Virus record (IMG/VR): IMGVR_UViG_3300031552_000001
Coordinates: 96,001-160,000 of that record
Length of the DNA stretch: 64,000 nucleotides
Origin: a virus
Strand: one strand, 5' to 3'
The notes beneath the pieces were generated by a model. That model was not told the DNA's origin and searched no databases. It was given only the letters and a program-made list of their open reading frames with translations. Shown in pieces: positions 38,401-47,885 of this stretch (position 1 is its first letter; the number at the start of each line of letters is the position of its first letter). Position numbers and translations under genes: made by a program.

Positions 38401-40213
38401 AGACCAACCGCGTGCCGTCTCTATCTCGTACCCTGTTTTTGATACTCACCTTCTCTACCACTCTAAAGTCGGTATCAAACGCCGCATCATTTGAACCAAG
38501 GGTATAAGGGGTAGAGGGGTCTTCTTCGTTAGTAAGACTTACCTGTATACGCACCACCCTTACGGGCGGAGAGATAGTCCCTCCGTTGCTGTAGTACTCC
38601 TCGTCCAAGACATCTAGTATTTCCAGTAGAGCTTGACCTCCGCCGTCGAGTATTTGGATATATCGCCCTACATCCTCCTCAGTTGGCTTCCACGGAACGT
38701 ACGGGTCTGAAGGGTCGGTGACGTCGTCGTACTGGCAAATAAGTATGTGGTCTGTTACGCCGTTTCCGAATCTATCTATGCTAGGTCTAAGGGCCTGGTC
38801 TTCTATTCTAGGCGTTACGTGAACGAACTCGTCCTCCCGCTCGCCGAAAGTCTCTAGGTCCACGCCAAAGTGCAAAGGGCTGCCATCTAACACACCCTCA
38901 AACGCTACTTCTCTTTGAATAGGAGCTCCTGCCCTTACAAACACATCTACCATACCGCCAATGTGTATTTCACCTGAATTTATTTGTATCTCCCCAGCAG
39001 GGGTAGTCGGCTGAAGTATTCCTCCAGGTATCCCAGAAAGAGTTATCGACGCCCTGGCTCTGGAAACAGAGAAGCTTCCTCCAGTGATACCGCCAGCTAT
39101 GGAAGGAGAGACCTGTATAGTTTGAAGGGATACAGCCGTGACGGTGTGCTCAGATACGACACCCGTAGAAACGTCCATGTACACAACATGGTCGCCTACC
39201 AACAACTCAGCCTCGAAGAAAGTATCCTCTAGTGTTCCGTCATGGGCGAGAATGGAGTTAGTGGGGTTAGTTAATGTAATAGTAGGCCCACCAGCCCCCG
39301 TGTCCCCCAAGAAATAAACAAAAGGTAAAGGCCTAGCCGACTCTCCTGTTACAATGTCGCGGTTCATTTCAGGGTCGCCGTAGCCTATAGCCTGCACTAG
39401 CCTTATGTTTTCAAACACTTCTAGAAGGCGGGCATTGATTCCCCTGAAAGTCACTAAAGACTTCTCTGTAAGAGAATTACTGACTCGAGTTATATAAGCA
39501 GCGGTGTTTTCCTTATCGGCGCCCTCTTCAAACTTGTACCTATTCTTCACTTTTACTACAGAGGGCAGCTCTTCTATTCCAGTAAGAGAGTTGGGCTCTA
39601 TATTGTAGTCCAGCCCCTCTTGCTCTGCTCTCACTATGATATCGAAATAGAACAAGTTATCTTCTGAATTGAAAAGCATATTACTGGAAGAGATAGCTTG
39701 ATTCTCTACCGGAAAAAATCTGTGCCCTGAGCCGTCGTAAACTGCGTTATTGGGAGTTACCGTAGCTCCTTGAGGCGCTGTAAAGTAAAGCCTAGCAATT
39801 CCGACAGAAGTACCGCCTGCTCTTCTCTTCCCAAAATAATTTGCGCAAAGGTTATCTGCCTCCCTCTCATTAAGATTGCCTGGATCCGCTAAAGACTGAT
39901 TAACAGACACCTGTTGGATTTGTCTTCTAAACGGTTCTAAGAGAATTTGGAGAGGCTTTACTAATAAGTCATCTAAGGGCTCTCCGTCTTGAAGAACCAT
40001 ATCGGGAAAGGCGGTAGCTAATCTATTCAGGATAAAAGTTCGTATAGGCGTATTGTAAGGGTCTGGGCCCAGTCTAGTTAAAAGAGGCAGGATTACCGTA
40101 GTGTAGAAAGAAGAGCCGGAGCTTGTGTCGATAGCCGAATCGTATTCTTGAATCCTCTCTTGAATGTACAGAGTGAGTTCTTCAAGGTCAGTAATCACGT
40201 TTATGTCAGACAT
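35435..40213 (-). CDS. baseplate J-like protein, greatly expanded (1592 aa)
   Basis: RRAGGTSVGIARLYF, VRAEQEGLDYNI, GADKE...YITRV; split J-like termini around many beta repeats. Confidence 0.8.
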   Translation of the reverse strand: MSDINVITDLEELTLYIQERIQEYDSAIDTSSGSSFYTTVILPLLTRLGPDPYNTPIRTFILNRLATAFPDMVLQDGEPLDDLLVKPLQILLEPFRRQIQQVSVNQSLADPGNLNEREADNLCANYFGKRRAGGTSVGIARLYFTAPQGATVTPNNAVYDGSGHRFFPVENQAISSSNMLFNSEDNLFYFDIIVRAEQEGLDYNIEPNSLTGIEELPSVVKVKNRYKFEEGADKENTAAYITRVSNSLTEKSLVTFRGINARLLEVFENIRLVQAIGYGDPEMNRDIVTGESARPLPFVYFLGDTGAGGPTITLTNPTNSILAHDGTLEDTFFEAELLVGDHVVYMDVSTGVVSEHTVTAVSLQTIQVSPSIAGGITGGSFSVSRARASITLSGIPGGILQPTTPAGEIQINSGEIHIGGMVDVFVRAGAPIQREVAFEGVLDGSPLHFGVDLETFGEREDEFVHVTPRIEDQALRPSIDRFGNGVTDHILICQYDDVTDPSDPYVPWKPTEEDVGRYIQILDGGGQALLEILDVLDEEYYSNGGTISPPVRVVRIQVSLTNEEDPSTPYTLGSNDAAFDTDFRVVEKVSIKNRVRDRDGTRLVYASPDVPSGSDLEVIGAEVGDSVVIENGDDAGIYTIREIFDWLDTGDTILLDRDLTKTVTPLGTGDGSGIRYRIADELNVSLVDPRITKIPLGSVFLGDDLVATAGSAQVGVSGTTNFLLAGVEEGDVLEILEGQSKGTYSIISVTGTTALLDSVLPSSGSPLDFLVYRSFTGIERPLVRVKEVELLDSSSQPTGITIPYGEAIDVRALGVFSNRAEGVQQESFTGESQVGTGTVNIRLYDAEVDFVAEGVVPGYRLNIFNTDNEGKYTVARVGTGDGLPSDNYIEVVAAADGGVEWSQLITGIHYTVGVASAGIARIYFHEPTSVEIVTGLPGGRLNYDNDGTPKEYFFSEVDGYRLLPAEGSGDEKSRYLRVVRNYETSTPNEFESILELTDPSVTQVFGLEIEVGDVLEVNEQIPFRNSGGETFQELGIFGKPAGLRTIAGSNRVSVPSNSLIDFTAMNSAYPLVGQALYIDEGPDAGEYVIEEVVSDKVLRLNTVMTTSTESIALQEAPGSSRDATLTPGVSTITMEDLTDSPGTQIGNFVTIFESTRGDIDGTFEVISIPGVSQAELDMDPGTYPQVDYVSGDIIPFATGLFSWVNTAGSVNVSHAFRIYKSVPTQAEVLQVATKRQDISLSGRGNVTTTVDFVDASATFVSSGVVAGDRLEILTGQNAGVYPIASVGSETALEIVGNPSKLFLVTGTNYPYRIWGGLYGSVKMLTVGKYESDDGQLAPGELVPFRLVRPGVFRVGATEMSESTDGSFYYVDVPVESSGSGDEFNLNRNDRLVVQSGMTADGYTYVVENNNLTFSPFEQVSLTFDRRFLPVGNSDSPENMTEVSGRNLKVTYETSTTAKLVHDLMRSDSERPINANPLGRHFLPSYVFTQITYRGGSSAADIGAVIEEYINNLGALDELEVSDIEAFATRRGASSVDHPIILATLTHDLDRKLVVNRTENRLGGSMDVPYNGTGRISCFFTTLGESLKVERES

Positions 40214-40221
40214 AACTCACC

Positions 40222-40878
40222 TCACAGCACAAGGGCACTAACTGCATCAGTACCGCCCGCGCTTTCTATGAATACTCTAGCTCTGGCTTGCATGTGCTCT
40301 TCATAAACCTTTAAGTCTACAAGGTTCGCACTTAACAATCTTTCGCTTAAAGGAAGTGTCGGTACCGCAATTTGAGCCGCTCTGATTTGAGAAACCGTCG
40401 TGCTTACAGCCCTAGTAATGGACGCCAGTACAGGCTGCATATCTCTGCTAGTAGAAACCTTGCCCACTATCTGCTGTAACCCTCCTCCTCTAGAAGGGTT
40501 GAACAAATCAGAGCCCGGAGACTGAAGAATCCATTTAGTGAATAACTGTATCAGCTTCAGTATCCCATCTATTTTCTGGGTCTTATTCCCTATTTCAAAT
40601 TCGATCTTTGAAGACTCCACCTCTCTAGAAAAAGAACTGCTCAGTACCTCAATTGAGGAAATAGGGCCGGTATTATCGGGTAGCTGCGCGTAAATCGTTT
40701 TCTTATTTACTATCATAAACTCTGGGACTTCTACCTCATTTACTGTCACCTTCATAGCTGTAGAGAAGTTACGGCCTTTAAGTTCTATCGTCAAAGGGGT
40801 GAGGCCTTCAACAAACCCCGGTATAGCCAGCACGGGAAGAATGTCTCTAAATTTAATCACTTCCAGTTGATAGGCCAC
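40222..40878 (-). CDS. gp25-like baseplate wedge protein with N-terminal IPT/TIG-like domain
   Basis: IELKGRNFSTAMKVTVN; KLIQLFTKWILQSPGSDLFNPSRGGGL; upstream of baseplate J. Confidence 0.7.
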   Translation of the reverse strand: MAYQLEVIKFRDILPVLAIPGFVEGLTPLTIELKGRNFSTAMKVTVNEVEVPEFMIVNKKTIYAQLPDNTGPISSIEVLSSSFSREVESSKIEFEIGNKTQKIDGILKLIQLFTKWILQSPGSDLFNPSRGGGLQQIVGKVSTSRDMQPVLASITRAVSTTVSQIRAAQIAVPTLPLSERLLSANLVDLKVYEEHMQARARVFIESAGGTDAVSALVL

Positions 40879-40881
40879 GAG

Positions 40882-41322
40882 CTATTCCTCTGGTGCCGCA
40901 ACATCCGCCACGTCAGTGTATTCCTCCGGCGACGCCACTTCAATGGGCTCTTGGTCCTTAACCTCTTCCACGACCTGGTCCAACTCATTCACAATTGCAA
41001 GGAGTCTGTCCAGTTTTGTAGGTCGGTTAGTGTCGCTGCCTCCAAGAAAATTTGCTCGAGCAACTTCACTCTTTCCCGCTTCTTCTATGGCATCGGGGTT
41101 GTAGGAGTAAGGGTCATATTGAGCCGCGTTAGACCTTTCGGATTCTCCATTTCGCTGAATCTGGTCTCCCATCAACTGCTCAATGGTAACCGTGGCAAAG
41201 GCACTGTTTGCTTCTGCGCTGCGGATAAAAGAAAAGGCATCTGCTATAGCGTCTCGAAGTCGCTTTCCCGTACTAGGGTCTAAATTAGCATCTACAAACG
41301 CAGCAAGAGAATCTTCACTCAT
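40882..41322 (-). CDS. hypothetical acidic protein
   Basis: Operon-coupled; 146 aa. Confidence 0.65.
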   Translation of the reverse strand: MSEDSLAAFVDANLDPSTGKRLRDAIADAFSFIRSAEANSAFATVTIEQLMGDQIQRNGESERSNAAQYDPYSYNPDAIEEAGKSEVARANFLGGSDTNRPTKLDRLLAIVNELDQVVEEVKDQEPIEVASPEEYTDVADVAAPEE

Positions 41323-44300
41323 AGATCCAACTCCCCTAAGTCATTTTCAGTGTCACTGAAATCCTCATCTGCGTCCGTCGAAGTTTGAACAGCCTTCGCT
41401 AAGTCCCTTTGATTTAAAAAGTCAAACCTAGTCCTAGACACCCTAGGCAAATCTTTTACAGCGGCCCTAGATGCACTCATTACTGCACCACTAAACGACC
41501 CCGTTTCATCGTCTGTCTCGTACAGTAAAGTAAATCTTCCCCTTCTAAGCAAGTCCGCGGCCCTATCGTACTTGCGATCTACAAAAGCGTCTATGAGATT
41601 ATCTACGGCTGTCACTGACACGGCTTCGTAAGAAGCCAAAACAGCACTCAGATTGTTTGGGTTGTTAACTATCTCAGACGTGTACTCGTCTTCTCTGTGA
41701 AGGTCGTCGCTAAGAATAGAGAGCAGCTCAGCCACTATCCTCTTAGCTTGATTTCTAGAAGAAGTGAAGTTCTGACCCGGCAAAATAGCGGTAGTACACG
41801 CGTTATCTAGCAGCTCTACGCCTTCATCGAACCTATTCTTTTTCAACAAATTCGACGAGGATGAAAAAGACTTAAGCTTAGCTATAAGTTCCGAAAACGC
41901 TTTTGCTGACGCACTACGTATTTCGAAGCCTGCCCTTTCGACGGTAGAAGGTAAGCCCCTCTCTAATAGCAGCGTCGTGCCGCCAGACACTCCCGATACA
42001 GCAACTTCTGACTGCCCTACAACCTTCAATAGGTCTCCGGGTACCACAGTAGAAAACTTCCACCGATTTTCTAGCTTATCAACTGCCTCAAAAGAAGAGA
42101 GCAGACTGTAAACGGTAGAGGCGCTCAAGCCCAATTCAGCGGGCGAAGAGGTAGTCGTAAGATACGTATTAGGGCCAGAGTCAGTAAGATAAATACGGAC
42201 TTGCTCTCTGAAAATCCTATACGGCAACCCTGACTCCTTAACGTCAAAAGCAGAGCGATCTAGGTCTAACGAAGAGGTACTGGGAATAGACGAGATCCTA
42301 TAAGTTCCTGCACTACTTTCTCCCCGTATCTCTACCTGGTCGTTTGCTTGTACGCCAATAGCAGAAAAGTTCTCCCCGCCAAGGCCCGTAACTCTAGAGA
42401 GAGTAGGAACTGTCTCCAGTAACCCTTCTGCTAATTCAACAGTAACGACTTCTGCGCTCAATCCTGACTGCGCCCCCACTAGGTCTGCTAATTCAGAGGG
42501 AGACAGCAAGTTTGTTGTATCGCTTTCACCTTCCCTATAGCCAAGAATCAAGTGGGCAGATTCCTCTTCAGTTACCGCGGCACCTACAGGATTCCGTATT
42601 CTCAAGAACCTGCCGGAAATTTGTATAAAAGGGTTCATTTTACTGCGTATTCTTAGGCATACTCGAGTAGGGTCTCCTGACACTAATTCAGCCTTCACAT
42701 GCCAATTAAGCTTTGCACCGTCATGGCCTGTATCGAACACCCCACTCTCCGACTCTATGTCCGACACTATCTGCGCGGCCGTCCTAGACCCAGCCGTAAG
42801 CTGCGCCGTTTTAATAGAAGGCCCCACCCTTACTGCGTCACTTGCCGAAGGGGACGTAGTCAGCGCAGGTAAGAAATTGAAGTTTGTAGTTCCTGAACCG
42901 GCAGAGAACTGCCCGCGGAGTTCTAGACCACTAGAGAAGTCGGGGGTTTTTCCTCTAACATCTATTACGCACTGCGTAGCACTTATCACTTGAATGACTT
43001 CAAAGCGCTCCCCTGCGCTATCTTTGATATAGGCTCCGACATGCCCAGACTGGAACCCTATAGCCCCTTCATCGCCAGCAGAGAATGTAGATACTGTTAG
43101 AGTTGGGTCTGAAAAAAGGATATCTCCAAAGGCCGCTGTCTGCAAAATCCTCAGATCTTCTATAAACCGCAAATGAAGATCAGTTAAACTTCCTCCTCCG
43201 GAACTTCCGCCATTGATTACCATAGTAATTACATCGGGGGTGCCGGGGCTATTAGTAAGTGCCCACTCGAACTTCAGGTCTCCGTTTGCTGGAGTAGTGC
43301 CAGGATAAACGTCGTGATTAGCAGAAGCGTCCGCACCGTTTCTGACCAACACCCCGTTAACGAAAATATCTACGTCCTGAACAAAATCACCTGAACTATA
43401 GTCTCCCAACTGCGCGTCTAAATTAGGACTTCCTCCTGCTCCAGTAACATTGGTATCTGCTGCGATGTTTGACGTAACCACCGCCACGGTCTTATCCCTA
43501 GTTACAGACCCTCCAGTAGAGGTAAAATCCGGAAAAGCTACGGCGGCACCTAAGTGCTTAAAGCCTAAAGGCATAAATCCTGTCAAAGTGACTGCTGTAG
43601 TAGTAGCAGTCGATACCGAACCCTCCTGAACTTCCGGGTCGACGATAACATGTAAGTTACGAGCATCAGACGGTATAACGTAGGCTTGACTATTTCTGGC
43701 ATTCAGCACCGCACCTACAACGTCGTCCAGCCCTATACTGATAGGAGAACCGCCGCTGCACGATAATACCAACGGGGCAGATATTGGTAGCTCCCAGGGT
43801 CCTGCGCTAGTTAACACAGAAGCCGGTTCACCGTCCCCTATTACCCTTCCGTAATGCCGAAGGTTGGGCGGTATCGGTCGAGGCGGACTTCTGTACTTTA
43901 AAAGCGTGGGGTCAGAAAAAGCAGTTAGAGCCTTTACACTGATTTTGTTAGCTAAGGCCTCCAAAAACATCTTTCGATTTAGGGCTAGATTGTCGACATC
44001 GGTAGAACCAGCCACAGATTCATAGGTAGCGGCGAGTCTGCTACTAACCGCCGAAAGGACTGAAGTAGACACCCTAGCTGGCAAGTCCAACGCTAAAAAA
44101 GAGTCGAGCAGCCCTAACAAAGACGCTAACTGATCTAAAAGGCGCTCATGTAATAACTCTAAGGACGCTAGATTCTCTAGTATTAACCCCCTAGCCTCCT
44201 CCCTTGGGCGCACAAAAGCTCCTCCTCTTTCCGAGGAAACTAGATTCTTACGAAGCTCTTCGGCAAATGAATCCATCTGTTTAATGAAGCGATCGGTCTC

Positions 44301-44657
44301 CGGTCGGTCCGTCACAGATTGGGCGGCATCCAAAGAAAGGACTGCCGTTCTTGCGTTTGATAAAGTGGCCGTGTCCCTAACAGGCGCGCCTATTTGTCCT
44401 AAATCATCCAAGGATACGAGTATGTCTTCTAATACTGCCACCTCTTGCACTAGCGTAGCGTTAAGCTGATTTGCAGCAAGCCGCGCTATGTAAAACACTG
44501 AGTCTGGATTCAGGAGAAAAGTAACAGCTGCCATTTCCAATAGCTGTCGGTATTCAGTAGTGGTGTTGAGCGTTCCTCCACTACTGCCGGGAGAGAGCCC
44601 TGCCCTAAAAATCTTCGACACTTCAGTCAGAAGCTCTGCTCGTGTAAAATCAGTCAT
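41319..44657 (-). CDS. virion structural protein (helical termini, beta-rich centre)
   Basis: 1112 aa within the tail block. Confidence 0.65.
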   Translation of the reverse strand: MTDFTRAELLTEVSKIFRAGLSPGSSGGTLNTTTEYRQLLEMAAVTFLLNPDSVFYIARLAANQLNATLVQEVAVLEDILVSLDDLGQIGAPVRDTATLSNARTAVLSLDAAQSVTDRPETDRFIKQMDSFAEELRKNLVSSERGGAFVRPREEARGLILENLASLELLHERLLDQLASLLGLLDSFLALDLPARVSTSVLSAVSSRLAATYESVAGSTDVDNLALNRKMFLEALANKISVKALTAFSDPTLLKYRSPPRPIPPNLRHYGRVIGDGEPASVLTSAGPWELPISAPLVLSCSGGSPISIGLDDVVGAVLNARNSQAYVIPSDARNLHVIVDPEVQEGSVSTATTTAVTLTGFMPLGFKHLGAAVAFPDFTSTGGSVTRDKTVAVVTSNIAADTNVTGAGGSPNLDAQLGDYSSGDFVQDVDIFVNGVLVRNGADASANHDVYPGTTPANGDLKFEWALTNSPGTPDVITMVINGGSSGGGSLTDLHLRFIEDLRILQTAAFGDILFSDPTLTVSTFSAGDEGAIGFQSGHVGAYIKDSAGERFEVIQVISATQCVIDVRGKTPDFSSGLELRGQFSAGSGTTNFNFLPALTTSPSASDAVRVGPSIKTAQLTAGSRTAAQIVSDIESESGVFDTGHDGAKLNWHVKAELVSGDPTRVCLRIRSKMNPFIQISGRFLRIRNPVGAAVTEEESAHLILGYREGESDTTNLLSPSELADLVGAQSGLSAEVVTVELAEGLLETVPTLSRVTGLGGENFSAIGVQANDQVEIRGESSAGTYRISSIPSTSSLDLDRSAFDVKESGLPYRIFREQVRIYLTDSGPNTYLTTTSSPAELGLSASTVYSLLSSFEAVDKLENRWKFSTVVPGDLLKVVGQSEVAVSGVSGGTTLLLERGLPSTVERAGFEIRSASAKAFSELIAKLKSFSSSSNLLKKNRFDEGVELLDNACTTAILPGQNFTSSRNQAKRIVAELLSILSDDLHREDEYTSEIVNNPNNLSAVLASYEAVSVTAVDNLIDAFVDRKYDRAADLLRRGRFTLLYETDDETGSFSGAVMSASRAAVKDLPRVSRTRFDFLNQRDLAKAVQTSTDADEDFSDTENDLGELDL

Positions 44658-45140
44658 CTACATAGATGCTTGCCAGCGAACCATGGGTGTTGTCGAGCGA
44701 AAAAACGTCTCCCGCTTAATAGTTTTGGGTTGAAACCTTTTTCGATACTCAGCGCTATATCGATAGAGCGGCAAAAAAGGAGCGGCAAAGTTTGAAGTTT
44801 TCCACTTCTCTGTCTGGGAAACCACTACTTCTACCTCATCAAACATGAAGTCTTCGCGAAGCTGAGTCACCTCCATCTTTTTTATATCGCTGCGCGTAAG
44901 TTTTGCTGTAAGCCTTTGAAGGTACTCTGCATCCCACCCAAACAAGTCGCATACTTCATGAAAACTGAGCCCCTCATCTCTTTTATGCCCTTCTACAAAT
45001 ATATACTGGAAGGCCCTTTTCCACTCTAAGGAGTGCTGCCTAGAGCCTTTGTACAAGACATAGTCGAATACTGCCCTCCTCAATACGGAAGCCCATAACA
45101 TTTTCCCGCCGTGAACTAACTTTTCGTTTTTGGTCATCAA
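44658..45140 (-). CDS. hypothetical protein
   Basis: LWASVLRRAVFDY...SFHEVCDLFGWD; compositionally unlike its virion-protein neighbours. Confidence 0.65.
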   Translation of the reverse strand: MMTKNEKLVHGGKMLWASVLRRAVFDYVLYKGSRQHSLEWKRAFQYIFVEGHKRDEGLSFHEVCDLFGWDAEYLQRLTAKLTRSDIKKMEVTQLREDFMFDEVEVVVSQTEKWKTSNFAAPFLPLYRYSAEYRKRFQPKTIKRETFFRSTTPMVRWQASM

Positions 45141-46786
45141 GTCACCGTAATCGTAGGAGTAGACGGAAGTAGGGCTAAATCAGGAACATCTGGCCGCCTT
45201 GGAGCAAAAGACCCTACCACTCGAGAAGCCTGTATTGTAGCCGAGCCGGCAGCAATTCCGGTAACAAGAAGAGTGCCTTCAGAGGTGACAGTCACGGTAA
45301 CTTTTGTCTCGTCGCTAGAAGAAAAGTCTAAAAGGGCGTTGAGTGCTTCACTCCCTGCTATAGGCTGCAAGTTCGAAGAAGCTAGTGTAAGGTCAATCTC
45401 CACAGACTCCCCGACAGCTAAGGACAACGCCGTCGTTGAGTACGTAATTGAGGTCAAGTACGGGAACAAAATCTCTTGGATGTCTATTCCCGCCGCATCC
45501 GGTATGTAGATTGACGCCTGTAGCGTATGATCTCCCGCCCCCAGTCCTTGTACAAATACGTCAAATACACTTTCTCTGGGTAAGTCTATTTCTACTCGCC
45601 CATTCTTGTCTGTGGTGACATGCAACTCCGAAGCTATAATGTTATTCCTGACCATGGTGGGCTCAGCACTGAACGGCATGCCAGCAATAACCTTAATCGG
45701 GTACCCTTCTCTCGGGTGAAACAGCAGAGTTACGTTCTTCAACGGGTGAAGACTCGGGTCTGTAAAACACCCAGAAACCCTGCACATATCCGAGTCCGTG
45801 CTTACCGGAACTTCGGACGGGGGATACACTACAAAATCAAATACATTGGTTTCCGACGGACCCAATGGGTCTATAACCGCTATTGTCCGAGTAGGCCCAC
45901 CGTAATACCCCGAAGGGGGGCTCAATCGAATAATATACTCCTTTCCGCTCGGCCCAGCAGCCCCTTCCAATATCAAGGAGGCTTCTCCAGCGGCATCAGT
46001 ATCCAATTCCGTAATAAACGTGTCATCTGGTGAACTGAAAATGCGAACTCTTACGTCTTCTACTGGATTAGGGGTAGGAGTTTCGGTATCCACCACAGCA
46101 AAAGTAACCATCACCCCACTCATACCTGTAGCGCCTTCAAACTCAAAAATATTAAAATCAGGACTCGTAGGGGGGTATTTGGCTACAAACGTCTTCAAAG
46201 CTTCAGGAAGGAAAGAAACTCCTTCCTTATACAAAAGGGCCTTGTATGTTGTTCCTCCCGCAGTGGCGGGCACTGAAAAATGCGCTTCCCCACTTCCAGG
46301 TACAGCCCCTCCTGTGTATCCATACGCTATAAATGTGTCCGAATTGTCAAGTATTGTAACTCGTACGCCGTCTATAGGAGACGACCCCTCGTCTACGGTT
46401 CTTATAGTTACGTTACCTGACCCCAAAGGAAACAGAGGGAACTGCCTACAAACATGAAGCTCATACTCATTCAAAATTAAGCCCACGGAGTCGATGTTTA
46501 TTCGTACTAAGTACCTCTCCTCTACAAGAGAAGTGTTTCCTGAAAAAACATATCTATACAGGCCAGGTAGATTAGTGCCGTCTACCTCAAATGGAACAAG
46601 CACTGTAGGAGATGGCCCCCATGAGGAGCCACTCCACCATTGTTCATCGGATACCCTCTGAATGGTGACTTCTATATCTGACGCTATTCCTACAACCCCG
46701 AGTCCTGTATCGGAATCTATTGCCGCAATATCAATTGGAAAGTCATCCCCTAAATTCCATAATTTTTGATCACTCGGCATAAGCAA
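45137..46786 (-). CDS. multi-Ig/carboxypeptidase-regulatory-like domain virion protein
   Basis: PIDGVRVTI, PVEDVRVRI, TDKNGRVEIDL; C-terminal Big_2-like FSSSDETKVTV...GIAAGSATI. Confidence 0.7.
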   Translation of the reverse strand: MLMPSDQKLWNLGDDFPIDIAAIDSDTGLGVVGIASDIEVTIQRVSDEQWWSGSSWGPSPTVLVPFEVDGTNLPGLYRYVFSGNTSLVEERYLVRINIDSVGLILNEYELHVCRQFPLFPLGSGNVTIRTVDEGSSPIDGVRVTILDNSDTFIAYGYTGGAVPGSGEAHFSVPATAGGTTYKALLYKEGVSFLPEALKTFVAKYPPTSPDFNIFEFEGATGMSGVMVTFAVVDTETPTPNPVEDVRVRIFSSPDDTFITELDTDAAGEASLILEGAAGPSGKEYIIRLSPPSGYYGGPTRTIAVIDPLGPSETNVFDFVVYPPSEVPVSTDSDMCRVSGCFTDPSLHPLKNVTLLFHPREGYPIKVIAGMPFSAEPTMVRNNIIASELHVTTDKNGRVEIDLPRESVFDVFVQGLGAGDHTLQASIYIPDAAGIDIQEILFPYLTSITYSTTALSLAVGESVEIDLTLASSNLQPIAGSEALNALLDFSSSDETKVTVTVTSEGTLLVTGIAAGSATIQASRVVGSFAPRRPDVPDLALLPSTPTITVT

Positions 46787-46792
46787 CTCCGT

Positions 46793-47734
46793 CTACAAAG
46801 TTCTACGTGGTGCGGCAGGAAATTGGGGTTCTGCTATCTCAAACGGGTCAGAGGCGGCAGCCATTATAGTTAAGAGGTCGAAAGTCTCTTCATCTGGGAC
46901 CACAAACTCCCGAACAAAAGACGTGCCGTTAAACACAGCTCTCCACTTACTGCCTCGAACTAATGATACCTCCGCGTGACCTACCGTGTTCGTAGTTATT
47001 GTAATCGGGGCCCTTGTAAGAGCTATCTGGTAGTCACCTACAGAAAAAGCTTCGTCTACGCCATAGAGGCTTATTTCTTGCCCCTCTAGAGGCATACCTC
47101 TGCCGTCAATAAGGTCTACTGTAGCCGTAGAGCGGTCTTCCAAAGGCACAACAGAAGTGGCTTCACTTTGAAACGGGTCGGACTCATCACTTGTAAAATC
47201 GTTGTCTGTATTCAGGTATTGTACTTTGTAATACCCGCCGCTTTCCCCGTCATGGTCAGTGAACCAATAGAGGTTTTGGCCTTCGACAAGTTGGACGTGC
47301 GCCTCTTCTCCTATATCTTCATCCCCCGCTGACCAGCCAAAATCTGCAATGGAACTCCCGCCTACGATTTCCAACTTAGAGGCAGTTCCTACCTCCTGTG
47401 ACGTCAGTACCAGTTCTCCTCCTACTTCACTGGCAATCGTTTCGCCCAATGCAGCGTTAATTTGAGGTGCTAGCTGCGCAGCGCTTAGAGGGTTTGTCCC
47501 TGTAAACGCGATATTCACTTGTGGCCCCGAGTCCACTTTTACCTGAAGCACCTCTCCAGTGACGTTGTACGGGCTGCCTATAGGGGGCTGTAACGTTGCG
47601 GGTTGCGGAGTCGTATCCGTCAAGTCAACATACGTCCCCGATATGCCTGTTGTGGACCGTTTGAGCTTAATGACATTGTAAAGTGCCAGGGTGGACTCAA
47701 TATCAGATACGTGTATGGTTAAAGAGACAGCCAT
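46793..47734 (-). CDS. virion structural protein
   Basis: Beta-rich; ITTNTVGHAEVSLVRG; similar C-terminal pattern to 45137-46786. Confidence 0.65.
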   Translation of the reverse strand: MAVSLTIHVSDIESTLALYNVIKLKRSTTGISGTYVDLTDTTPQPATLQPPIGSPYNVTGEVLQVKVDSGPQVNIAFTGTNPLSAAQLAPQINAALGETIASEVGGELVLTSQEVGTASKLEIVGGSSIADFGWSAGDEDIGEEAHVQLVEGQNLYWFTDHDGESGGYYKVQYLNTDNDFTSDESDPFQSEATSVVPLEDRSTATVDLIDGRGMPLEGQEISLYGVDEAFSVGDYQIALTRAPITITTNTVGHAEVSLVRGSKWRAVFNGTSFVREFVVPDEETFDLLTIMAAASDPFEIAEPQFPAAPRRTL

Positions 47735-47739
47735 GGCGC

Positions 47740-47871
47740 TTACCCTTCAGACCTTAGTTTGAGGAAGACAATAAACGGAGCGGGAACACCCACTCCGGAT
47801 GGAACAGGGACCTGGTTTTGTATTGTCTTGGCCGCCAAAATCTTAGGACGTCCAGCAGGCTTAATTTCCAT
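47740..47871 (-). CDS. small protein (43 aa)
   Basis: GAGG-preceded ATG; MEIKPAGRPKILAAKTIQNQVPVPSGVGVPAPFIVFLKLRSEG; fills the intergenic gap on the operon strand. Confidence 0.5.
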   Translation of the reverse strand: MEIKPAGRPKILAAKTIQNQVPVPSGVGVPAPFIVFLKLRSEG

Positions 47872-47885
47872 GCCTCGATCCTACC

